From Mobula hypostoma (lineage: Eukaryota), in NCBI RefSeq assembly GCF_963921235.1, contig NC_086097.1, forward strand, positions 86,988,001 through 87,052,000: DNA of 64,000 nt, in the 5' to 3' direction. Numbering within the stretch: the stretch's first letter is position 1; each line of letters opens with the position of its first letter. The translations under genes and the position numbers were made by a program. The notes under the pieces were generated by a model. That model had not been told where the DNA came from. It searched no databases and saw nothing but the letters and a program-made list of their open reading frames with translations. Positions 1 through 12,739 of the stretch are shown in pieces.

Positions 1-629
1 AAAGTGGTAAATTCAAACACAGTCTTAAAACAGTCAGTTGAAAAGTCCTAGTGATTTTTACAGTCTTTAAGTAGAGACTTTACCCCAGCAACAATTACTC
101 CGAAGAAAATGACAAATCTGCCGATCACAGTCCAATGATGCCTTGTTGAAGCAATCACAAAGAAATAAAGGAACTGACCTTTTCTCTCAGGCGGGTGGAC
201 ACTGCACAAACCGTCCTGACCTTGCAGGGGTTTAACTCAAACGTGCCTGCTACAATTTCTCGGACGATTCCAATTCCAAACAGTCGATCACTTCCAAAAC
301 ACTGAACGTTGTTAACTTTACCCAACCCTTTGCATTCCCGTACAATGGTAAGGTCTTCACTCTCCAATACTAGACTGCAAAAGTAAAACAAATGTGCAAC
401 AAACAAAAACTGGCAGCGATTAGCGAAACTGCCGGCAACAACGTGTTTGCACCTTAAAATAGAAAGTAAAAAACTGCGTCACACTTTGGCGGGCTTCCTT
501 AAATACAGTAGGGAACATGCCATCATGTGACATAACATCACCCCACGGTCATGAGACAATTACATCATCCCACTCATAAGACCATTACATCATTCCACTG
601 TCCCGTGATCAAACTGTGGGCACGTAACA
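1..629 (-). mobile_element. LTR (5' part; runs off the left edge of the window)
   Basis: The minus strand starts TGTTACG at 629. It is followed by short tandem U3-like repeats (attacatcat[c/t]ccac, about 520-600) and a TATTTAA box (499-505 on minus). Confidence 0.55.
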
Positions 630-691
630 CTTGCAGCATGATTTGTTTTAAGGGGTGTCTCATCCCCTTCAAAAGTTCTTCTGATTCAGAT

Positions 692-725
692 GTGCAGTTG
701 GTATAATGAGCACCAGATGGCAGTA
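692..725 (+). promoter_or_regulatory. Candidate CTCF site with upstream motif
   Basis: GCACCAGATGGCAGTA core at 710-725, preceded 12 nt earlier by TGCAG (693-697). Motif match only. Confidence 0.4.
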
Positions 726-774
726 TTTACCTTCTGCTGGCAGAACTACCCGAATGTAGTTTTTTAAATGCTTC

Positions 775-910
775 GCACACAAAATGCAGGAGGAAATCAA
801 CAAGTCTCAGGGGAACAAACAGTTGACATTTTGGCTGATACCCTTCATCAGGACTGGGAATGAAGAGGGCAGAAACCAGAATTAGAAAGTGGAAGGAGGC
901 AAAGGAGTAG
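775..910 (-). mobile_element. Penelope-derived short repeat with decayed minimal hammerhead
   Basis: Shares acacaaaatgc.ggaggaa.tca...gacattttgg...cccttcatcaggact with copies at 35181, 56292 and 63601. Confidence 0.6.
820..856 (-). ncRNA. Degenerate minimal type I hammerhead ribozyme motif
   Basis: Minus strand reads CAGUC-CUGAUGA-A-GGGUAUCAGCC-AAAA-U-GUC-AACUG. The core and stem I deviations look like CpG transitions. Confidence 0.5.
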
Positions 911-1509
911 GGAGGGAGTTTCAATTACAAATCACTTTTCATCTTTTGTCCTTTACTACCTATGGCCCCAAGTTAATCTTGTAGCTATTTTCCTTTACAA
1001 TAGTCTTTTCATTAGAAAAACATACTTTCCATTTATGCTATTGTATCCCGTCACAAATGTAAATTTTTCTATCGAGTCCTTCTTATCACCTCTATTCCAA
1101 TGAAGAAAGATCCAGTTTTTTTTAGATTGTTGTTGTTCATAGTTCCTCATACCAGATGGCATCCTAGTGAATATACATTGTGCCTTCTCCATCTCTGTCT
1201 CACAGTATGAGGCTCAAAATAATTTGTTATGCTCTGGCTATATTATCAATTCATTGCACCTCTTCAGTCGTGTTGTTTTGTTTTATGTTCAAGTTGTAAT
1301 TTGTACATTTCACTGATAAATTCAGTATTTTTTCTGCCTTGTTGCCTTTGAGAAAGCTGTTTCTTGGTGAAAAGCAGCAGGTAAACCCAAAATACTGTCA
1401 GGTAGGGAGAATTAATTTTATGGTCCAATGCTGGTGATGGAATGGTGATGTGTGTTGGGATGGTCTTGGTGATCGATACTTTCTGTAGCTATTTCTACAA
1501 ACAAAGATA

Positions 1510-2680
1510 TTCAAAGTTCTAAGTAAATTTATTATCAAAGTATAAACATGTCACCATATACTACCCTGAGATCAGTCTTGCAGGCATTCACAGTAAATAG
1601 AAAGAAACACAATAGAATCAGTGAAAAACCTCACACGACAGAAACAGAAAATCAACCGATGTACAAAAGACAACAAACTGTGCAAATATAAGAATAAATA
1701 AATGAGCAATAAATATTGAGAATATCAGTTGCAGAGTCATTAAAATTGAGTCCAGAGTTATGGAATCAGTTCGGTGTTGAGGTGTGTGAGGTTCAAAAAC
1801 GTTATGGTTGGGGGGTAATTGCTGTTCCTGAACCTAGTGGTGTGGGATTTGAGGCTCCTGTGCCTTCTTCCTGATGGCAGAGGTGAGAAGAGAGCTTGGC
1901 CTGGATAGTGGCATCTTTGATGATGGACGCTCCATTCCTGCAACACCGCTCTTTGTAAATGTGCTCAGTGATGGGGAGGGCCTCACCTGTAATGGACTGG
2001 GCTGTATCCGCTACTTTTTGTAGCTTTTTATTTCCATTCAAGGGCATTGGTGCAACCAGTCAAGCTGTGATGCAACCAGTGTACTCTCCACTGTGCATCA
2101 ATAGAAGTTCATCAAAGTGTTAGATAAGTGCTGAATCTGCAAAAGCAAAGGCATTGCCGTGCCTTCTTTATAATGGCAGTTACATGCTGGACCCAGGACA
2201 GATCCTCTAAAATGATAACACCGAAGAATTTAAGGTTGCTGACCCCCTGAACCCTTGATCTCTTGACGAGGACCGGCTCACAGACTTCTGGTTCCCTCCT
2301 CCTGTAGTCAACAATCAGCTCCTTGGTTTTGCTGACATTGAGTGACAGGTTGTTGTTGTGGCAGTATTCAGCCAGATTTTCAATCTCCCTCCTATGTGCT
2401 GATTCGTCACCACCTTTGATTTAGTCCACTGCAGTGCTGTCATCAGCAAACTTATATATGGCATTGGAGCTGTGCTTAGTCACACAGTCATAAGAGTAAA
2501 GCAAGTAGAGCAGGGGGCTTGTGGTGTACCTGTGCTGATGGAGATTGTGGAAATGTAATTGCCAATCCAAACTGGCTGGGGTCTGCAAGTGCAGAAATTG
2601 AGGATCCAATTGCACAAGGAAATATGGAGGTCTTGAAGCTTATTGATAAGCTTTGAGGGGTTGTTGGCGTTGAAGTATAT
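1510..2680 (-). mobile_element. Rex1/Babar LINE, 5'-truncated, degenerate
   Basis: RT fragment SPLLYLLYSYDC...IYKFADDSTAV (ORF 2421-2615), C-terminal LFSPLPSGRRHRSL...TTRFRNS, and a (TTTGAAC)-type tail near 1510. Confidence 0.85.
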
Positions 2681-2867
2681 GGACTGCAGGTGATCTTAAC
2701 TGTGTGATCAGCCTTCCTGAGGGTGACATGGTTCCACTTATGAACACTGGCATAGATTTACTGATGAATTTAGTTGGGTTTTAACAAATTATTTGTGGTG
2801 TCACTTGAAGTCTTTACATACAGATACAAATAGTGATGAAGACAGTAGTTTTTCTCAAATATATTAT

Positions 2868-4620
2868 TCAATCAATCAAAGTGCATTTATTATCAAAGAA
2901 TGTATAAATTACACACCTTGAAATTTGCTTGTTTACAGGTAGACATAAAGAAAGAAACCCAAAGAACCCAATTTAAAAACAAAGAAAGACCATAACCACT
3001 GGGCAGAGAAAGAGGAAACAGAAGCCACATTGTGCAAACTCTAGATGCAAACGACAGCATTCTGAACTGGACTGAGTTCTCAGCTCTGCTCCCCAGAACA
3101 GCTGGAGTAGTGGCCCAAGCCTCGATCTCAAGTTCATCATTCTACCGGGGCAAAAATGCTGCGAAACTCGCAGAGATGATAGCTACCAGAGGAAGGAATC
3201 ACATCGTAGGAGAACAAGTGAAATCAGCCCGATCCTCACCACTGCACTTGGGCTTTCCAGTCTATCTGGGCTGGTGCTAAATTGTCCAAGCACCAAGTAG
3301 TGCCTCGCTCTAGGACCCGAGCCCCAGCACAGTGACGCACCCGGACTGCACAGCCGGAAGTCGTTCTCAATCTCACCAAATCGACTCGTCGCTTGGAGCA
3401 ATTCAACCTCGCACTCGGGTTAGGTGGACGGGCATCGAAACCCTTCAAATCGTTCACTCCAACAGCAGCAGCGAAACTAACTCCATCTGTGACCGCAAAT
3501 AGGTGGAGGAGCGGGTAGTGTTGAGGAAAGAGAAAGCCTGCTAAGAGACTTAGATAGTTTAGGGGAATGGGCAAAGAAGTGGCAAATGAAATACAATGTT
3601 GGAAAGTGTATGGTCATGCACTTTGGTGGAAGAAATAAACGGGAAGACTATTATTTAGATGGGGAAGGAATTCAAAATGCGGATATGCAGAGGGACTTGG
3701 GAGTCCTTGTGCAAGACAACCTGCTGGCTGAGTTGGTTGTGAAGAAGGGGAATGCAATGTTGGCAATCATTTCTAGAGGTATCGAATATAAGAGCCGGGA
3801 TATGATCTTGAGGATCTATAAGGCACTTGTGAGACCACACTTGGAGTATTTTGTGCAGTTTTGGGCTCCTTATTTTAGAAAGGATATACTGGCATTGGAT
3901 AGGGTTGAGAGAAGATTCACGAGAATGATTCCAGGAATGAGAGGGTTACCGTATGAGGAACGTCTGGCAGCTCTTGGGCTGTATTCCCTGGAGTTCATGA
4001 GAATGAGGGGGGGGGGGATCTCATAGAAACATTCCAAATGTTAAAAGGCCTGAACAGACTAGATATGGCAAAGTTATTTCCCATGGTAGGGGATTCTAGG
4101 ACAAGAGGACACGATTTCAGGATTGAAGGACATACTTTTAGAACTGAGATGCAGAGAAATTACTTTAGCCAGAGGGTGGTAAATCTGTGGAATTTGTTTC
4201 CACGAGCGGCTGTGGAGGCCAAGTTATTGGGTGTACTTAAGACAGAGATAGATAGGTTCTTGAGTAGCCAGTGCATCAAAGGGTATAGGGTGAAAGCAGG
4301 GGAGTGGGGATGAGTGGATGAAGTGGATCAGCCTATGATTGAATGGTGGAGAAAACTCAGTGGGCCAAATGGCCTACTTCTGCTCCTAAATCTTATGGTC
4401 TTACGGTCTCATGGAATTGAACATGTTGGATTCCGTCTTTGCAATGCACCAGTACAGCTCATCCTTTGAATTAGCTTTGCCTCCGCTTGCTTCTTCATTG
4501 TTTGTGGTGATAGCTGACCACAGGAAAGGGGTTATTAGTAATGTTTTTAGTCAATTTTCTTGCCTTCTGATCTACCAGGAAGCTGTCACACAACTTCATT
4601 CATGCCAACTTAAACCAGAA
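2868..4620 (-). mobile_element. Non-coding element with Rex1-type 3' end, split by a CR1 insertion (3497-4409)
   Basis: Its 3' end aaagtgcatttattatcaaag... is shared with 17407 and 19265. The body is GC-richer, non-coding, and resumes after the CR1. Confidence 0.55.
3497..4409 (+). mobile_element. CR1 LINE 3' fragment
   Basis: WQMKYNVGKC, LYKALVRPHLEY, RTRGH and FSQRVVNLWN motifs; ggccaaatggcctacttctgctcct stem-loop; (TCTTATGG)n tail. Confidence 0.95.
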
Positions 4621-4734
4621 GACTGCATTACATGACTCCGCTCATACCCAAATGGAAAGATTTGGTAGGACAGCAATACCAGAAGTGCACCTGTTCAGTG
4701 CCTTTTGCCAACATGTAAATATTTCAATAGTGTC

Positions 4735-5450
4735 ACAAGGGACCCCTGATGCTGGAATCTGGAATGAAGTGGTAGAAGAATTCAATGGTTCAAGCAACAT
4801 CTGTGGAGGCAGGAGGATAGATTGTGTTTCAGGATCCTACCTCAAGATTGGGTGTGGAGGGGAGATACCCCAGTCTAAAAGAGGTGAGGATCTAGTGGGA
4901 GATAGATGGAACCAGGTGTGGAGGGGTATGAGAGGTAAGTGGAACCAGGTGAGGAAGGGAAAGAAATTAAGAAATTGGGTAAAATGGTTGAGAAGGGTAG
5001 GTTCTGTGAAGAAGGTAGCTGGGGGGAGTTGTGTGAGAGACGCACACAAGAGTCTGTAGGTACTGAAATCTGGAACAACAAATAATGTGCTGGAAGAACC
5101 CATCAGGTTGAGCAGCATCTGTGAGGGGAAAGGAAATGTCAACATTATGGTTTGAAACCTTGCATGGGGGCGGGGGGTAGAGGAAGTGGTGAGAGAACTT
5201 GGATGGATCAGAGCCAGAAAGAAGGAAGATAGGGCCTGAAGGTTACTTGGTAATTTTCAATATTAATACCTTTGCACTGTAGACTATTAGACAGCATATG
5301 AGGTTCTGTTCTGGTCTGGGTTTGTCCTCACCCTGGCTTTGGAGAAAACCAAAGAACAAACAGGTTGGAATGGGAAAGGCATACAACCACGGGCCCAACA
5401 TGGCCATTATGGACACAGTGTAGGTACTCAACAAAGTCGTTGCCAAGTCA
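4735..5450 (-). mobile_element. Degenerate Penelope-derived repeat (two partial terminal units)
   Basis: gatgctggaatctgga...ggaagaa.tca...agcatctgtg occurs at about 4748 and about 5060, separated by purine-rich sequence. Confidence 0.45.
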
Positions 5451-7765
5451 GGCTGTGTGTTTCAAATGAATGTTTCAAAGTGCTTGTAGCAAATTAAATA
5501 CTTCTGTGGCACTGCAGCATCCAATTCGAGCACATCAAGGTTTCACAAACCATAATAGTCAGATTGGCAAGTAATTTCCTTTCAGTGGTGGTGGTCTGGG
5601 AATAAATATTGATCAGTACATTGGCATGAACTCCCACTTTCATTTCTGAATAGTGTAATGGAAATTATTACATTTTCCAAAGGAAGCAGATATGCAATTG
5701 CTTTAGCATCTCATCCCAACACTTGAGTAGCATTTCCTCTGCTCTATAGAAGTGTCAGATTTTCTATGCAAATCTGAATTGTAATTTAAATTTACAACTT
5801 TTTAACTCATTCAGAAGTACAGTACTACCAAGCCTCTGTTTCCTAAATTAATAACAATTAAAAGGCACAATTAATTAGAATCTGATGTTTCACTGTGTAT
5901 TTTTGCTTCAATTTAATGTACAGATATTCCTTACTGGCTGAATATTACTGCTGGCCATAATCCATTTGCCGGAAATCAGGAAACATGTAGAAAGGTGAAG
6001 TAGGGGGATGTATATAACTTAAGTATTTTTAGTAAAAATAAATTGGACGTTCCCAAGGAATGAAATGCATTGCTCAGTGGCTGAAAATTGGAACCGTGGC
6101 TGGCCCAGAAATAAAAACAGGCAACATAAACAGGGGCAGTAGGTTGTTGGCCTGGTGGCACGAAGACTGTTACTTAATATAAAGCAGATATAAGGATGCA
6201 TCTTTGTACCCTAGTAACTATTGAGTAAACCTATAGGTGCAATATTATTGACAAAATTAAAAGTGAATAATAAAGAAAGGGCAACATGACAAAGTCATTT
6301 GTTTTCCTTGGGTGGGGGGTGGTGACTGTTTAGGGTGAAAACTGGTTGAAGAAAACTAGCTTGTACTGTACAATAGAAGAAAGAGATAAAGTGGGCCAAA
6401 AACAGAGAGGAATTTAAAAGCTGCCGTTCATTTTCTATGGGCTAAGTAATGGTGTATATATTCATTTATTGAATTTAGTTGGCAAGGGGCTGGGAAAATA
6501 GAAGTAATTTGCTACTGTATGAAAATCAAACAAAAGTAAAAGTATGTTACAGAATATCTATAGGGTCAATATTTGGAGTATTAATTTCCACTTTTTGAAT
6601 TCATTATTTATTCCTTCAACCTGAAGAAAGGCAGTGATTTGATCAGAGCTGGGGAATTAAGGCCAACAAAAGCAATCACAATAAATTGTTAAAATGATTA
6701 CACGAGTTTGATATTTATATTTGTCTAAGAATATGAGGGATGTTCTTCTAATGAGGAAAATAATTGAAATGATGCCAATGATGGAATGAATGCATATAAC
6801 ATGTGTGAAATGTATCTGTGTGACTTTACTCCATAGAAGTTAATGGAACACATCTTCCTAGAAAAATGACAGCGTATTTTCAACTAATCACACTATTAAC
6901 AAGCAGATCAACCAGCAAGTTAAGGTTATTAAGCAATGTGGTATAATTTGAGTGGTCTTTAGATTTCCAGATCAAATTACACCATTCTTTTGTTTGCCTT
7001 GCAATGCATGCATAGTTATTAATAGTGTAAAGGCAGCCATTACAGTGGTGTCCTTTCTGGTCCAGAAAAACCAACTTAAGCTGGAAAACTCCCCTGACTG
7101 CATTAGGTTATTCTTGAGATTCTGCTGGATATGGCCCAGATCTCACATTCACCCTTTGTGGGAGAGAGGGCTGTGATGTGGTGGAGACGTTTCTGTTTTT
7201 CTGTTGGCCTCACAGTCAGTGTCTGAATATGAAAGGCACTGAGAGAGTGTTGTAACACAATTTTTTAATATATTAACATAAATTTAAAAAAGCACATTCA
7301 ACATTTGCAAATTAATCAAAAGCATTAATATTAAATGAGAAGCTACTGACACGATGAAGGAAGCCATGAACACGGGGATCTTCATCATCGCCCTAAACAC
7401 CAGTGGTGTAATGGGCAGTAAGTAGGTTAGTAATATTAAAAAAATCTAAATTTGCTTAGTAAAGGTCAGCAACTCCATTTAATTGAAAGGGCCAGTTTAA
7501 AAAAGGTGATATAAGCTCCTGAGCTTATAATGTTACAAAAAAAAAGAAAACCAGAAAGTGTTGCAGAAGAAATTACAGTCTGGCTCTGAAAATTCAGAAA
7601 CAAAGCTCTTTTCCATATGGCTGTGATGATAAATGAAGGCTGCAACAGAGGGTGACTTTCTGATTACTTTGGTGCAATCTACCCGTTCAATCGATTTCAG
7701 ATTTCTCTTTCACCAATTAATGAATACTTCCTGATGTGCAATGGCTCCCTTTCACTAAAAGATGT

Positions 7766-10720
7766 CATATATTAGACATAGGAGCAGAATTAGCCCATTT
7801 GAGGCCAAAAAGTCTTCTCCATTATTTGATCATGGTTGAATTTTTTGCCCTCTTTATGCATTTCTCCTACCCTTGACGCCGTTACTAATCAAGAACTTAC
7901 TAATCTCTGTTTTAAATATACCCAATGACTATTTTTCCACAGCCGTCTGTGGCAATGAATTCCACAGATTCATCACCCTCTGGCTTATAAAATTCCTTCT
8001 TGTCTTTGTTCTAAAAGGCACCTCTTCTGTTCTGAGGCTGTGCCCTCTGGCCCTAGACTCTTCCACTATTGGAAACATCCTCTCCATCTCCTCTCTATCC
8101 AGACCTTTCAATATTTGATAAATTTCAATGAGATAATCCCTTATTGTTCTAAAGTCCAGTGAGTACAGGCCCAGAACCATAAAACGTTCCTTATATTATA
8201 ACCTTTCAATCTCGGGATCATTCTCATAAACCTCTGGACTCTCCTATGCCTGCACATCCTTTCTTAGATATTGGTTCCAAAGATTGCTCACAATACTAAT
8301 AATGTGGTCTGAACTATGCCTTATAGAGCATCAGCATTATATTATTGCTTTTACATTCTAGTCCTCTCAAAATGAATGGTAATATTGCATTTTCCTTTCT
8401 TACTAGTCCGATGAGAGTAGGCAGTTTAAATGGTTCAGCATGAACTGGTTGGGCCCAAGGGCCTGTTTCTGTGTTATAGTTTTTGATAACTCTCTGATTC
8501 TATAATTATACTACTGATTCAACTTGCAAGTTATCTTTTGGCAATCCTTCATGAAAGCTCCCAAGTGCCTTTGCATTTCTGATTTCTGAACTCACTTCTC
8601 ATTTCAAAAATATTCCATGCCTTTAATCCTTCTTTGAAATGCATCACCATACACTTCTCTACACTGTATTCTATTTGCTCCAATGTCCCAATCTATCCAA
8701 GTCCTTCTCCAGATTCCCTGCTTCTTCACTACTACCTGCCATTCCACCTATCTTTGTATTATCCGCAACCTTGGACACAAAGCCATCAATTCCATCATCC
8801 AGATCATTAACACATAACATAAAAAGTAGTGGACTGACCCCTGTGGGACACCAATAGTCACCAGCAGCCAACCAAAAATGGATCCTATTATTTCCACTGT
8901 TTGTCTTCTACCAGTCATCCGAACTTTTTCTCATACTATTGTCTTTCCTGAAATAGCATGGGCTCTTATCTTGTTTAGCAGCCTTATGTGCAGCGCCTTG
9001 TCAAAGGCCTTCTGAAAATCAAAGTAAAGAACATCCTCTGACTCTCCTTTGCCTATTCTGCCTGTTATTTCCTCAATGAATTCCAATGGATTTGCCAGGC
9101 AAGATTTCCCTTTAAGGAAACCATACTGACTTTAACCCATTTTATCATGTGCCTCCAAATACCCCAAACTGCACCCTGAATAATGGACTCTAACATCTTG
9201 CCTACCACTGAAGTCAGGCTAACTGGCCTAAACTTTCCAGCCTTTTGCCTACCCCATTTCCTAAAGAATGGAGTGATATTTGCAATTTTATCAATAATGC
9301 CACCATAATATATTCAGCTACCTCTTTCAGAACCCTGGTGTTTTGGGACATTAGGCTTCTGTACCTCTTGCCTGACAATGACAGCGGCTTTGAGAACATG
9401 GCATGGTCCAGTTAGTGGGGATCTTTATTGATGGACCATCTGACATGTTAATCTCCAGGCATTTATGGCTGTTGATCCTCTCTATCGCTGATCTACCAAA
9501 GCAGACTGGCACATTTATATCATTCTTCATCTTTCCTTAAGTCAACAATGTTTAGTTTTACTGACTTTGAGTGAGAGGTTGTTCTTGTGGCACCATTTAA
9601 TCAGGCGTCCTGTCTTACTCCTGTATACTGACTCATCATCAGCAATGATTTTTCTAATAAGAATATCATTCCAATGTCCATTCTTGGCTCTCCTGCCTCT
9701 CCTATTATTCTTTATATATCTGAAAAAAGACTTTTGGTATCCTCTTTTATTTTATTGGCAAGCTTACCTTGATATTCCATCTTTTGTCTCCTTATTGCTT
9801 TTTCAGTTGACTTCTTTTTTTTTATATAAAAGCTTCCCAATCCTCTTGCTTTCCACTAACTATGCTATGTTGCCTGTTTTTTGGCTTTTCTACTTTCTTT
9901 GACTTCGCTTGACAGCTACATTAGCCTCATCCTCCTTAAGAATGCTGCTTCTTCCTTAGTATGAACAAATCCTGGATTTTCTGCATTACTCTCAGGGACT
10001 CCAGCCTTTGCTACAATGACATTATCCCTGCTAGTGACCCCTTCCATTCCATTTTATGTTTCTGTGGTTCCCTTTACTCAACTGTAATACTGTTGCGTCC
10101 AATTTTAGCTTCTCCTTCTCAAAGCTGGGTGAATTCTATCATATTATAATCACTAACTCCTCAAGGTTCCTTTACCTTAAGATCACTAAACAAATCTGGT
10201 AAAAATCTGGTTAAGTATACAATTCTCAATCCAGAACTCACCTTTTCCCTAGTGAGCTAAACAACAAGCTGCTCTAAAAAGATATCTCATAGGCATTCTA
10301 CAAATTTCTTCTCTTGTGATCCAGCACTAACCCAATTTTCCCAATCTACCTGCATATTGAAATCCCCCATGACCATTGTAATATTTCCGCTTCTATAGTC
10401 CTTTTCTATCTCTTGTTGTAAATTGTTCCCCACATCCTGGCAACTGTCTGGAGGCCTGTACATAGCTCTCATAAAGGTCTTTTTTACTCTTGCAGATTCT
10501 TGACACTTCCCACAAGGAACCTTCTTCTATGTCACTTCTTTGTAAGGATTTGATTTAACTTATTTTACCAGCAAAGCCACTTCCTCCCCTCTTCCCACTT
10601 ACCCGTTCTTTTTTTGAGGCGATATGTATCTTTGGATGTTGGGTTCTCAGCTGTAATCTTCTCACAACCATAACTCTGTGATACCCACAAGTCATACCTG
10701 GCAATTTCTAACTGCACTCT
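7766..10720 (-). mobile_element. Old CR1 LINE (endonuclease+RT), fragmented, with small insertions including a Rex1 fragment at about 9340-9640
   Basis: YRPP...VMGDFNMQVDW (EN), NDLDDGIDGFVSKVADNTKIGG (RT), ESRARGHSLR and SQRVMNLWN motifs; CR1 tail at 7766-7810. Confidence 0.9.
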
Positions 10721-11869
10721 TCCAACTCCCATTTAATTAAAATGGTACTGTTTGTCACTATTCACATCTTTTGTGGAATAATATTTCTCCGTAGATATCT
10801 TCTCTAAATGTTTTGGATTAATGTAGGAGGTGGATTAATGGGTAGCATCTGCTTACTCCCAGGGCGACTCCTAATTAGTGATGCCCTTGTTAATGATATC
10901 GTTTCATTGGTTAAGTCCTTACACAAATTTACAACAGGAACTTGGTGCATGGTTTTTGATGACTATAACGTTCCCCACATTTCCCTCACCTCCCATCCAA
11001 AACATTTCAACATGCTGCTAATAATCTCCAAAAAAGAGCCTAAGATAGCGAGTGATTTATTTTTCTTCAGTAGTTCCAAGAACAAAACAAAACAAATCAT
11101 CAACACAGATGAAGCAGAATATATTCATAAATTGGCAGAGTGCCAGACATCAGGTTTTAATCTAGATAAGAAGCCAATTATTAATTTAAGCTACACATAT
11201 ATAAAGGGATTAGCCTTGGAGGTGTTTAATGGCTTCTCCAGCAGACCAATTACCTAAAACTTTGTAAATATTATAGAGTTATGTTTTATTTATGATTCAA
11301 TATGAAAAACTCATAAATCCAGTACCCACTGAGGGAATAGAGATTTCTTCACTCAGAGCAGTGAAAAAACGATCTGGCTTTCTAAAGGTGTAAGAGAGTC
11401 TTGCAGCAGTACTTAATATTGGCACCCATACATTTTAAATAATTCATGGTTCTGCATTTCTTTCAACATCATTTTGCATTTCTAAACTTCCCCAGCAATG
11501 ATTATCATGATTCATACGTTTAAAAAGTTCATGGTTACATTTCATTTATTATTTTGCTGAATGAGATAATTTGATTTCACTGAATAAACACTTTTGTCCC
11601 CTTTTTTCATTTTCCATTGTTTGTAACATGCCGCATTTATTAGTTAACTTCAGAAACCGACTGGAATTTCAGAGCCACGTCCTGCATTGGAAAGTGATTG
11701 GAAAGGAGGTCACTGGCAATGTTGAGATTGTTTTAAAATTTTTGTAGCCTCTAGAAAGGGGAAAGTGCTGTTGTAAGGAATTCCATAATTTTTGAAATTT
11801 CAGACACAATTAAGTAAAGATTTATCTTTTCAATATTTTTGGCAGGAGAGTGGGATAAGATCTTTAAAG

Positions 11870-12155
11870 ATCAAAGTTCAAAGCAAATTTATTATCAAAG
11901 TAGACATATAGCACCACATACAACTCTGCAATTCATTTTCTTGTGGGCATACCCAATAAATCCATAGTAGAATAATAACCTTAATAGTTTCAATGAAAGA
12001 TCGCACTACCTTGGGCATTCAACCAGTGGGCAAAAGACAATAAATTGTTCAAATACAGTAAGAAAGAATAATAATAATAATTAATAAATAAGCAATAAAT
12101 ATTGAGAACATGAGATGAAGAGTCTTTGAAAGTGAGTCCATAGGTTGTGGGAACC
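11870..12155 (-). mobile_element. Rex1-type LINE 3' end
   Basis: caaagttcaaagcaaatttattatcaaag tail and a 3' UTR similar to 1510-1770 and 60952-61190. Confidence 0.75.
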
Positions 12156-12739
12156 ATGTCTTAGACCTGTGGTTGGTGAAAAGACAAGCTCTAGTATTTG
12201 TGGTGGTCCCATGTTGCTGAGCATTGTGCTAGTCATTGCCGACAACGTGCATTTATCTAGTAGCTTACATTTGCACTAGGCCATTTGTACAGTTGCAAAA
12301 GAAAAACTGTTCCGTGGTCATACTTATAATGTTTTATAAACTTTATTCTCTGCTGTAACTTATGTGTCAATTGGTGATAGATTTTTCACCAAACATATTT
12401 TACCGACACCAATGATTTTACAATGGGAGTGCTCCGAGTATCTTATTGTGAGGAGAAACAGTTTCAGTGGAGGGGTAGCAATGTGCTACCAATTTAAAGT
12501 GGTGCTGGTGATGCCCAGAAACTAATTATCGGCAGCAAAATATGAAACAAAGAAACGTACTAAACAACTTATTAATAATACTCTATTAATGACGATCGCT
12601 GCTAACGATGGAGTGGCATGCAGAGGCGAGGCTAGGCAAGCGAAGGCAGGAGGAGGAGGAGGAGGAGGCAAAGACAAAGGTGGGGCATGGCAGAGATGGT
12701 GGGGGGGTGATGAGGAAGAGGTATTTGTCCCATCATTGA

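Noticed and set aside
4579..4663. Exon-like segment with polypyrimidine-CAG acceptor and GT donor
   Set aside because: Its first half matches the 5' end of the non-coding repeat also seen near 19960-20045, and the peptide is unrecognisable.
7345..7424. Short ATG-initiated frame ending at GTAAGT
   Set aside because: No good acceptor or promoter, no recognisable protein and no partner exon.
10808..11257. 149-aa ORF in unique sequence
   Set aside because: AT-rich, no recognisable domain and no clear splice boundaries; likely chance.
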